From: Azolla caroliniana | Taxonomy: Eukaryota > Plantae > Polypodiophyta | Length of the DNA: 64,000 nt | Reading direction: 5' to 3' | Assembly: GCA_043228905.1 (NCBI GenBank) | Contig: JBHGNT010000008.1 | Span: 2,852,001-2,916,000, forward strand | Shown here: one piece after another, positions 52,427 to 64,000 of the stretch | Numbering within the stretch: position 1 is the first letter of the stretch | Layout: the number at the start of each line of letters is the position of its first letter | Translations under genes and position numbers: made by a program | The notes under the pieces: generated by a model | What the model saw: the letters and a program-made list of their open reading frames with translations, nothing else | The model's database searches: none | Told to the model about the DNA's origin: nothing

Positions 52427-55166
52427 TCTTTTTTTTTGGGTTCTTGCTTTTTTGGCTTTTGTTTTTTGCTTTTGTCTTGTTTTTTTTTTGTTCTTGGTTT
52501 TGGCTTTTGCTTTTCTCTGCTTTTTCCCTTTTTCTTTTTTTCTTTTTTCCAAATAAGAATATATAGTTAAAATTCTGCTTTTTTTCTTCTTGTGGAGCTG
52601 CTTTGAAACAAAGTTTTCAATAACGGTTAAGCAAAGTTATGGTTATAGACTTTTGAATCCAACTAACTACTTGGACTCACGCCTTGAGAGTCCTTTCTTA
52701 TTCTTTTGGATTGACTTTTGATATGCTAATGTTATATGGGTCTCATCCCTGTTATATAGCCAACAACCATTGTGCTAAAATAAACATGTTATGCATATTC
52801 TTCCGAGTGACGAAAGCTCTTAAGTTAGTTTGTTTAGGTTTCATAATCTATAGGTAACCATTGACACCTTTTTTCTAATTCATTGTGCCTGCTTTTCAAA
52901 AGGCAGTTCTATGATTTTCATGGTTAATTCAATTTTATGGTTAATTATGGTTAATTTCAACTAAAGTAATGATTTCGTACATTTGTAACACGGTCCTCAA
53001 CAAATTTAACTTTGAATCCAATAACTTGTTACCTAGGTTTGAATCTCAATGAGACCTTTTATTTGTTTACAATACTCTACTCAAACCACAACAATATTGT
53101 AAGTTAGGAGTCAGGACCAATGATCCATTTAAAGACTTGTTTAAGCAAGATTGTTGGTTTCACTAGTGCACTAGTCAATATAACGAGAACATTGAATCTA
53201 ACATCTTTTATTGAGATGCACGAAAGACATGTTTATTACACCCTTATTTTATGGGGGTCTCAAAATGCACACAAAACATGGTTGACAGAAATCGGGACAC
53301 AAAAGATTATCTATATCATATAAAGAGAGACAAGCTTACAACAGTCCCAAATTGGGACAAACCAAAAACGAAGGTCAGGACGAATCAGGACTCAACCAAG
53401 ACGAGTTGGGACAACCTCCCAAAAGATGTGGTGGGACTAGAGCACTTCCAAAGCTTACAAGAGGAGAGAGTAGAACTCAGAGATCGAGAATGATCAAATA
53501 GTCATTGGGCTAGTCGTTGGTACTAGGTTGTCCTAACCCAAGGTGGCGACTTCTTTGGGACTGGGATTGGGCCCCTTGGCGAGTTCCAATTTAAATTGGG
53601 ACTATATCTCAATTGGGACAACCTAGGGACACAACACATGGTTCTCTTATTTATTTGCATTACCTTCGTAGTGTTATCGTTTCCTTTTCTCGTATTTAAA
53701 ATTTATCCTTCCTCATTTATTTATCATAAATTAGCCTTCCCATTCGAACTTAAGGCTATGTCCATGACAAGACTCATTGTTGTTGTGCTGAACTACTGTG
53801 TAGAAGGGTAACATAGCTCGCAAGAACCATCGATGCTCAATAGCAATAAAGTGTGCATTATAGTACGTATTGTACACAGCATGACTGAAAAGGGTACACA
53901 TAGCAGCTAATGGAGGGTGGGAAATGGTAATTTAAAAAGGAATACTCATCGTCATCATTTTGGCCAGAATACTCACATAAGAAAGATAGAAAGAAAAGAA
54001 TAATCAATATAGCTCTCCATATAAATTCTCACCTATAATCATCCATATGATACATAATTTTGTAATTTAGTTGGTGAGTTTTCAAATGCTACTACTTCTA
54101 CACAATGGTCATGAATCTCTCTCTCTCACTCACACACACACCTCTCTTGCACACAAAAATAAAATAAAAATACACACTAGTATATATATATATATATATT
54201 TGAGTGGCGTCTATACTTGTCTTTTTTTATCATCAGTAACACCCACCCACATGTATTATCCAAACAAACAAAAACATCAATGTATAGCAGCATGCCACTG
54301 TTAGAACATCACAAGGTGTGTTATTTGCATCAACATAAGAACAACCCTTCAAACTATTGATATTGCCTTTACCATTGGCATTCTCATTTACAATGCTTGT
54401 GTCCTTTTCAGTTTAAAGGTTCCTCAATATAAAACAGCATGGTCATGAAAATTAAGTCCAGAACTCCTTTTAATGCCTACTGTCTAGTTACACTGCATAT
54501 TCAATGAACCTCTATTTCCTAAACAAAGGAAAATCTCCGAACATGTGCCCTCATTCATTTTCTGACGGAAATGTCATGCACAAATCATAAAACTCGGTCA
54601 ATTAGAGTACGTGCATAGTACCACAGGTCATTCAAAGTTGTGTTGGCAATCAGTTTTTTGTGTAAATGCCAAAAAAGAGATTTAATAAGTTGGGACTTAA
54701 AAGGAGAGCATCAAATAATTCAAGATATGACTGCCCAAACAAATTACAGCCTCGATTTCATTTGCATTCCATTCATGATACATGAAAATATTACAACTAT
54801 ACCAAAGTTGAGAATAATATGATCCGCAAAAAATACCTTCTTTGGGGTATTTATCTAATAGATCATAGGGATATTATTGTCACTCTCTGTGAGCTTCTTT
54901 GCACTCAAAGTGATCAATTGAAGTTAAAGAGAAAAATGGTGTGCAGGTCACCTAGGCCATCATCAATCCAACCTTTGAATGCCCAGCACTTCAGCATCGT
55001 GTGGAGTGTTCCTTTCTCATTTGATATGAGACGGGAGATAATAGTAACAGTACAGCACTGCGTTTGTCTGATCAATTTTTTACAACTACAATCAGGTGGC
55101 ATAGCTTTCGTCGCCACGAGGTAGAATTGGATAAAACCAGAAGAATTCCCAACTTATTTCATATGC

Positions 55167-58100
55167 CTATGTGACTACAGTATCAATGGATGATGCATTT
55201 CTCTCGATGCCAAGATTTGCATCACGATCCATTCCAGGTTTAACATATACATTGCGCAACCCTTGCCATATCATAAATGTGAACGCTGATGCTGGTAAGT
55301 ACCACATGACTCGAGGCAAGCTTCCCTTCCAAAACCCAGAAAACCCTTCATTCTCCCATATGTTTCCCATGGCATCTCGCCATCCTTTATATCTGTGATA
55401 TTAATTACAATTTCAGCAAATTTGGAAGTTGCTGCTCTCAGCTAAATCCATCCACAAAAGCTCCCAAAACAAAAGCATGCTAATAGAGAATTATGCTATT
55501 GTAAACCTCCATCATGCCTCAGTATATCCCTTTGATGTATCTATTATAGTTGCTAATGATTGAAGTGGCAGTTTTAGGGATACTCAGTCACAGTCTATAT
55601 TTTACACCAAAATAAACAGAGACAATAGAAGAATGCAAAGAGTCTCAAGATGGCTCCTACTAAACGTTCTTGACACTTCTATGAATTTCAACTTCATCAT
55701 AAATTATTGCCAGCATATAAAGAAAATCTAGTATATATAGAGACATCAAATCAGACTTGAATGTGGATAAGAAGTTTTACCGCTTAACTGATCCTTGCAC
55801 TTGAAGCCTTGTTTTGATAACATCCAAGGGTGTTGTCAGAAAAGCAGAGACCCCTGTAAAACTCCAAATTAATCCATTAGATGTGGATGTGTGCTAAGAA
55901 CAAACATCTGAAGCAGTAGAAGTCAATAGAAAGAATATGAATTTAAATCTCATTATTTTTCCATGCATTTATATTTTAGACAGTTCTATGAGAAATTTGT
56001 ACTTATGTTTAAGAAACTATAGAGAAAGAAATTAAAATAAAATGAAGGACGACACTTTTTAGATATTATTCATTATCCACTCCTGCCATATAGTATACCT
56101 CCTGCAGCACCTCCAATAACTAAGTCCTCAAAACCAGTTATCGCAAACTCTCTTGCATTGGTAGGGTCCTTTCCTGACTTAACAATCTGTGCCAATCCCT
56201 CATATAGCATTATCTGGAAAAAGGAACACATTAAATGATAAATATAAACCGCATATTCAATCATTATATTACACTTGAGACAATGATAAGCTTTGTAATG
56301 TACTTCAAATTTATTACTATAAATATCCCTCAACTATAACTCTCACTTAGATTATCACCCAGATGATCTCCATGCATGAATGCCATACATAAGTGTCTAT
56401 GCTACCACGTTTTTCAAATAACTCTAGAGGCCATATTGCAGAAAGTAACTTATCATTTAAAGATGATCTCTCTTTAATATTTTGATATATCACACAACAT
56501 CTTTCTGAACTGTTAGTATCTTACCATTAAACCAGCAAACGGAACATCCCTCCCAATTGTTGATGCGAACCTGCATATCAACATCCAGTGAAATGCATCA
56601 AGAAAATACTGCATTTCATTGGATTAATTAAATATCATTGTAAGAACTGTTCTGTTAAACCCTGTTACCCTAAATGAAACTAGTGGGAGTGTGAGTTTGA
56701 TTGTTGGGGGGTCAAAGACCCCAAGGGCTCTTCTCTAGAGCTTTCTAGAGATAATTTACTTGTAAAATCATTATACTTAAATCTTTTGGCCGTTGAGTCA
56801 ATTTGACATTTTTTAACTGTTCACACTGTCCAAGTGGCCAAAGAGCCCACTTTAATAAAATGATACCAGCTTGCCTATGCCATCTCTCTCACTCACCCAC
56901 CTACACCTGGATTGTCTAGGCTCACCAACTCCATTCAGATGGTATCAGATCCTTTAGATATCCTCACGTGTACAAGGTTTTAGAGAGTATACTAATTTTA
57001 AGGACTGAATTAACTCCGAATCTAGCGCACATTTAAGTTTATCCAAGAGAATCTATTAGAAACTGCTGGAGGTCCTCATAACAGACATGCCTACTAAATC
57101 CATGGGGGCTGCTTTGTAATGTATTTCTTTATTGAGGATTGTTCAACGACAATTCAGGCTTATTTGCTGAAAAGCAAAGATGAAGCCTTTGCTGCATTTA
57201 AGTTTTTTCATGCATTTGTGACCACCAAAGAGGTAGAGAGCGAAAATGCCTATGTAGAAACAATGAGGTTGAGTTATAAGGTATAAAGAGGGAGGTAACA
57301 GCATCATACAACCCCTCTTCTAATGGCTTGTCTGAGCCATAATAGGATACCATTAGAGAGGGTGAGATGCATGCTGTCCTTGACTAACTTCCTCATAGCT
57401 TTTATGGAAATAAGACCACAATACAAACATGCAGTCTCATATGACCATCTACACATTTGTGACTGTGATGCATTTGCGCACATTAGAGATGAGGTTAGGA
57501 ATAGACTTGACGCAAAGCCCATTAAGGGCATCTTCGGTAGGTATGGATGAAATGGGATATAGAATATGGCTACCTGAGCCAAAAAAGGTTGTACACTGCC
57601 AGGATATTGTCTTTACTCAGGCTAAGCTGCTAAAAAATTGTTGTGCCTCCTAACAAACATAAAAATAAGGCACGTGGAAATCATAAGCAGCCAATAAATA
57701 ATGCTGAAAATAGGGCTGGTGAATGATAGAAAGCAACTAACGTTGGACGTTTTTGTGATATTTCTAGATGTACATCCCATGCCTGATAATGTAGATCATT
57801 GGGTAAGAAGGTCTACAAGATTAAGGAGGAGGCTACATCATGTCGGCAACTTGCAATGTAAGAAGAATAAAAGCTTTGGAGGAAAATGATACTTAGGACT
57901 TGGTTGATTTGCCCAAGGGTAAGAATATCATTCCTATTAGGTGGATCTATAAAATAAAAATGTGGATGTAAAACCCAAGTACAAAACAAGCCTGGTTGCA
58001 TGAGGCTATGCACAAGTAAAAAGGGTTGATTTTCAAGAGGTATTCTCCCCTATTGTCAAAATGACCACCTTCTGGCTTTGTTTGCTCCCACTGCAGCTGT

Positions 58101-61100
58101 CGGATTGGAGTTTTACCAAATAGACATTCTTGCACCTTAACATGGACAAGGAGATGTACATGAAACAGCCAGATGGGTTAGCCTCCTGGAAAAGAACATT
58201 GCACATTTACACAAAGTCTATATGATCTGAAATAAGCTCCTAGACAGTGGTACAGAAAGGTTGATACTTTTATGTTAGCACGTGGGTTTAATAATAGGAG
58301 CCATGCGGAACATTATCCATACACAAAAGGGGATCTACCCCGTGATTTTGGTGTTATATATAGATGATATGATTATTGCTGATAAAAAGAAAAGTATTCT
58401 TAATGCACTTAAAGATCAGCTAAAGTCAGCCTTTGCCATTTAGGCACAGCTGAACAAAATTGGGTATGAGGACAAAGCGGGATAGGCAGCAGCCGCTGCT
58501 GTATGTATCCCAGCAAAACGAGGCATTGAAAAAGTGTTTGAGAGGTTAACATGAATGGTGCAGAAGCCATAAGTCTACCTTTGCAGCCATATATCAAATT
58601 GGGCAAAAATTACTGCCCAAAAATGATGCAGTAACCAATTCATCAAGACTGTACCATATGCCTCAGCTTGTCGAATCTAAAGCACGAAAAAGTGCAGCGG
58701 ACTATAGTTTTTATTGCACCTGCATGGATTTGTAAACTTAAAATCATTTCTTATTATCCAAACGCATCACTTAATATGTGCTAATAATCACTTCATTAAC
58801 TTTATATTAAGTCACTTAATGCTCTTATCATTTTCTTTTGTATTTCCAAGCCTTTCAGGTGTTTGTCATATCAAACCGAAGTGGCGTCCATTTTTTAAAC
58901 TTTCTTTTTTCATGCATGTGCGGTTGTATGTATGCCTGTACACACTGTCAAAGTGCCCAAAATTCTCACTTTAAAAATAAGTCCCAAGAACCCCAAAATC
59001 CTAGATTTGGGACTAAAACTTGTATGTGCTTTCTCTGTGTCTCCATTTGCCTGCACCATCTCTCTCCCTCACCTACACCTAGTCCAGGCTAACCAACTCC
59101 TCACACTCCATTAGGGTTTCCATATAGGCCAAGGTGGAAATCCACAATAATGTGTTGGTGAGTGCACTAACCATTGCTCTTACCCTCACATGATGCATCA
59201 CTTCAAATAACTCTTGCTTCTTTTTTACTAATACCATGAAGACTTGTTACCACAGGTTTTTATCTAGCTCGGTGCCATGACATATATGGTCTCTACAAGA
59301 AAGATGTAGCATTCTGCTGTCAGCAGAATCATGCATCCACGTGATTTGAGTTGTTTGCAAACTGAAACTAGCATGCTCTGTGCAGCCATATGTGATGGTT
59401 TCCTTCCACTTTCTACCCTTTCTGGGATAGTGGCATAATTGGATTATCCAGAATGCATTTGGCCTTTTGAGAGGTCTACTTCACTGGCAGTTTAGTACCA
59501 TAACCTATGAGGGTCTTATTACCAAGGATGGTTTGTCTCCTTGGCATCGGGTTGTCTCTTTGGTTTCTTTGTTAGGCATGTAGTTGTTTAGTATTTTTGT
59601 ACTGGAAATTTTTTTGACATCAACTGTATCGACATCCCCAAAGAGGTGAAATATTTTATGAGACCAAGATACATTCTTTTAGCATATAACTCATCCATAC
59701 AGATACCACCCACAAATGATGCTAAAGATCAACTTAAGCACATAAACCTATTAAAGCATCAATATATTAGCTCTAAGTGGACAAACAAAGGAGGACTCAG
59801 TGGATTTAGCTTGTACTTCCTAATAACCTCAAATATTTGTTAAACAGAGACATAGACCTACCCAGAAAACAAACCTCTGATTCCCTCTTGTTGAACGATA
59901 GAGATTGCAGCATGGGAGAACTTCTTATAATATTCAACTTCTTGAACAGGGGATCTCCCTGTTTTTGCCATCCTGGCCTCCCAGCTTTTGGGTGCTCCCT
60001 GTATTTGCATCCGTTGCTTGATGACTTCACAAGGAACATAGATTACAGAACCAATAGTATCTCCTGAATAAACAATCATTATCCAATTAAAAAGGCTAAT
60101 AATATACACTCAATGAGAAAGTGTAAAAAAATTTGCGCTCAAGGTTAGGATTTAAGGGTAAATCTATTAGAAAATACAGTTGAAACAAGAAATGAGACAA
60201 CACACTTAAAACCTTGTAATAAACCGAGAGAAAATAGTGCCGGCTATAAGCAATATGAAGCATTGTGAGAAGCTTGCCAGAGGGGTGGCTTCCACAATTA
60301 GCAGATATTTTGTTAGAAGACTTTCTGATCACTGAAAAAGAGAAGAAAGCTTCTACTTACATAGGGATGGTGCGATTTGGCAGGTTAAACCTGTCCTCTT
60401 CTAGTAGATTGTAATTCTGACTGCTAGAAACAGCCTCCAATGATTGTACAAAAGAGAGAGAAACGTGATGGGTAAAAGCTGAATGAAATGGGATACACAA
60501 GCCCCAATTTAAGAGTAGTTGGTTTTCTGTGGGCCACCATAAATGGGGGGCACTTAGGTGGGTATAAGCACCCCAAAAAATCCCCAAAATGTGAGCAATC
60601 AACTGGCTCAGGTCCCTGCCTAACTTCATAGTTAATTAAGTATGCTAACAACTAGATTTAGTAAGAGCCTTAATTTGCTGGCTGTTGTAGCAGCCTAATT
60701 CCTATTCTGTAAATGCATCTGATGAGATCAGGCACATTAAACATCATAGTAATCACCCATAACGCCAGGGAGACTACTGTGTCTTCAGTTATACTCTTAA
60801 AAGATAAATGCACTAGCAAAAAAAGAAACATTTCTCAGCCTATACCCATCTTGTGAATGACGAATGTCAGATGTAAGATTAATAGACTCATTGGGGTGGT
60901 GTACCCTAGAGGAAATGCAACCTGCTCTTCCATAAGCTATCTTTTGAGTCTCTATCAAGGGGGGATCTTACTTACTCATGTAAATAATGTATTTCTTAAC
61001 AATGGCAATGACTTTCCCAGACTCTAACAAGGGGGGGATCTTACTTACTCATGTAAATAATGTATTTCTTAACAATGGAGCATAGGCTCAGCCACAAAAC

Positions 61101-63286
61101 ACATGAACATAGATTTCCCTATGCGGCATCATGGTATATCAAATAGGGCTTCACGGGCACTCTAGGGTTATGAACCTCACAAGATAAACTGCTTGATACA
61201 CAGTACCAAAAAATTACATTCATCAAATAAGAACCACCTTTAAAAAGTGCCTCTGTGTTCCTCATATTTGTGCATTGTCCAGCATTGACTTATCTAGCCT
61301 GTAGAACCTACATATTTCTTTGCATCCATTCTCCAGTTATTATAGTGGTCCACTATTTAACCTTTATTATACTTCACATTCATGGTGATATTACTTATTC
61401 TATAGTTATATGTCGAATTCGGGTTTTTACAATGTCTCTTACATCCTTTCTGAAAATGCTAAGAGAGTAAATAAAATACTTGGTTCAATTTTTGCCAAAG
61501 TATGAAAGAAACATCATGAACATTTTATACCCATGTTTTAACACACATCAAATGAACCGTTCATATTGTAGCTAGGTCATTACTTTAGGGACACCCCACC
61601 AATTATATTATGTGCAGGAATTTCCGTTTTGCCAAACTACCCACAGATTAGAGTGCTTAAATAAATATAAATATAAAAAAGTCATACCAGCAAATGTATT
61701 GGTGATATTCTACATTCATGTATGGGAATTTCCCTTTTTTCCACCTAACCACAGGTTAAAAGTGTTTTAAGGAAAACATACCTAAAGCACCTGCACAGAA
61801 GTGTGAAATGGGGCTAGCTAGTTCCGGATGCCGCTGGTTTACCCAAGATCTTGAAATTTCGATCAAACCAAAATAGGTAGCCCCAGATGCAAAAGATCCA
61901 GTCATTCCAGCTGTGAGTCCTCGATATAGTCCTATAAATAGAAGCCAATTAGTTTTAATCTGAATTATTACAAGTCCACTTTGATAATTAAAAATTTTAA
62001 CTGATCTTCTCGAGATAAGAAGACACGAAAGAAAGTTGCAAACAAGTGCACAACAGTACCTTTAACATTAACCAAAAAAGACCACAGCTTAAAAAATAAG
62101 ACAATAAAAAATGCAGAATGTTCATCAAAACAGAAAGAGAATAATAAGAATAAGACTTGACAATTTTATTGCCAGTATGTAGCAGCCGGAAATAAAGCTT
62201 GATTCAAAGTGAAGGTATATATCTATCCCCCCACTCCACAACTCGAATTTCTTTTCTAAACTCCAATGTAAATAGCAATTCAGACATATAATAACAGTAA
62301 GCTACATGCACAAACAAGCCATGTCCTTCTTTGGTATGGTTCACTTGAGGTCTATGGAAGACATCATGGAACATGTTTTCCATAGACAAACCATCAGAAA
62401 ACAAGGTCGTTTTCCAGTGTTCATGGACTGCATAGAGATAATTAATAAGAATATAATCGCATGACAAGAATGTGTCATCAGTAGGCGCATGAAGATCATG
62501 GCTTTAATGTAAATGTAAGCGAGATTGGTGTGACATGAGTTACCTTTTGAGCCATCGCTTTTGAGCACGACCTTAAGAACCTCAGTGAACCTTGTGCTCT
62601 CCTAAGGAAACACCTCAAGAAATAAATCAATAGAAAAGGTCCATCACTGAGCAAAATCTCCTAGGTAACAAAGTGTAGTGTCTATAATTCATCATGAAAA
62701 GGGGAGAAAAAAAAGTGTGTGAAGGGAAGATATTAGTACCTGGACAGTGGAAATGAAAGAACCTCCACTTTGCATTCTAGTCTTAACCGTATCCACAGGA
62801 TGCATGAGGCTTTCCCCTATACCTGCAGCTATTCCACCACAGAGAAATTCTCGCCATGCTGTACGATCCAAAGAAAATTAACTCTGTTCAGTGCAACTTG
62901 CAAATTTTGAATTCTAAAAATATATACATATGCATATTCAAACACGCACAAATTTCACCTTCTAATCGTATTGGAAAGATAGAAAAAAAAAAAAAAAAAA
63001 AAACCTGCCAAGAAGAAGAAGAAGAAGAAAAATAGTCTTGAATTTGCTACAATATTTCCGATTGATGAAAGTGATGAGTTTCGTCTCAAGGTTTATTTTA
63101 ATCCTCACTAGCACTGTACAGTTAAGTGAAAAGAGGAGGAGAGGGGAGGGGAGGGGAGGGAAAAGCAGAAAAGGAACGGGAAGGACGAGAGAATGTTCAA
63201 AACAGGATGCAGAGAATGGGAGGATCCTCTACAGTACCTTCACTCCATAAGTACGGGATTGAGGTGGATCTGGTATCTGCAGACAT
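55167..63286 (-). CDS. Mitochondrial substrate carrier family protein (SAM-carrier-like; resembles Arabidopsis At1g74240 as recalled), 9 exons
   Basis: Exons 63286-63238, 62858-62740, 62601-62544, 61931-61782, 60063-59862, 56570-56525, 56213-56099, 55853-55781, 55392-55167, all GT-AG and phase-compatible. Three carrier signatures: HPVDTVKTRMQ, VPCEVIKQRMQ, TPLDVIKTRLQ. Confidence 0.92.
56639..59110 (+). mobile_element. Heavily decayed, internally deleted copia element in a carrier-gene intron
   Basis: PBS TGGTATCAGA at ~56940; LTR-end homology between 56880-56937 and 59056-59103 (CCATCTCTCTC.CTCACC..ACCTACACCT..AGGCT.ACCAACTCC); RT remnants (GVDFQEVFSPIVKMT ~58020-58066, APRQWY ~58235, LYIDDMIIA ~58355). 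Confidence 0.75.
60950..61078. repeat. Intronic direct duplication (~55 bp, period ~73)
   Basis: GGGGATCTTACTTACTCATGTAAATAATGTATTTCTTAACAATGG occurs twice. Confidence 0.85.
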
Positions 63287-63479
63287 GAGAGAGAGGCACA
63301 GAGACAGACAGGGCGATGGCGATGGCGATGGCGATGGCGATGGCGAGAAACAGGAATGCCACTTACTCTGTTTTCTTTCTCTTTCTGTGTGTGTTTTTTT
63401 TTTGCAAGTCTTGAAAAGCTAAAGTATTATTCGTTTGTCCGGGCGCCCATTTTGATTTTGATTTTGGGTTGTCCGGGCT

Positions 63480-63720
63480 ACTCTTAATTTTAGCCCTGGC
63501 CCTATCCATCTTATCTCCATTTAGTCCTGGCCATCTCATCTGCATTTGCCATGGTTGTTTACTCTTATTTTTAGCCCTACCCATCCATCTCTGCATTTAG
63601 CCTTGGCCCATCTTATCTCCATTTAGCTTGGCCATCTCATCAGCATTTCTCGTGGTTACTCTTATTTTAGCTTCGCTATCTTATCTCCATTTAGCCTGGC
63701 CATATCATCTACATTTGGGC
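63480..63720. repeat. Degenerate tandem repeat upstream of the carrier gene
   Basis: CCATCTTATCTCCATTTAG / GGCCATCTCATC.GCATTT / ACTCTTATTTTAGC blocks recur. Confidence 0.65.
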
Positions 63721-63794
63721 TCTCTCTCTTTGATGCAACCAATTTGACGTCAAACCATGGCTGAAACTAATCCTTCAGATACTAGTGGTGTAGG

Positions 63795-63906
63795 TTTTTT
63801 TTTATATTTACTTTTGATGAATGGGTAAATCTCCCATTTTGCTGTAAACCAATTGTCTTATGGGCCAAATTTGGCCTTAGAAGATGTTAATATTTCTTTC
63901 TTTCTT
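63795..63906 (+). mobile_element. 3'-end-only copy of the LINE at 49363-52426
   Basis: Matches 52320-52426 (GATGAATGGGTAA..CCCATTTT..TGTAAACCA.TTGTCT.ATGGGCCAA.TTTGGCCTTAGAAGA.GTTAATA(TTTC)n). Confidence 0.8.
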
Positions 63907-64000
63907 ATTGTAAGTACCTTACCCTAGTGATAAGTTATTACGCTACAAGCCTTATGTCTTGGGTTCGAAACCTAATCATCTTACCTCTCTATTACGTACT

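Overview
This is plant nuclear DNA. Gene structure and TE repertoire suggest a fern or other non-seed vascular plant, which is inference only. 1-13.8 kb is a three-level nested retrotransposon block. A very young, intact Ty1/copia element (1847-7431, minus strand, LTRs identical except one GA unit, GCGGA TSD) sits inside a long coiled-coil ORF. That ORF lies antisense, directly behind the 5' LTR and tRNA-Arg-like PBS of a probable Ty3/gypsy (Tat/Ogre/Athila-type) element, which is itself inserted in the 3' region of an older, degenerate copia. 15.8-63.3 kb holds five host genes: CCT7 (chaperonin eta, +), LDL3 (LSD1-like histone demethylase, +, with N-terminal peptide repeats and an apparent 1-nt frameshift), a PNRC-motif protein (+), a PRKRIP1/DUF1168 homolog (-) and a mitochondrial carrier (-). 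Interspersed are a 5'-truncated RTE/RTEX-like LINE with a double-hairpin/(TTTC)n 3' end plus a second 3'-end-only copy, a truncated L1-type insertion with an 18-bp TSD, a decayed intronic copia, a MITE candidate, minisatellites and local duplications. All coordinates were read by eye; no searches were run.
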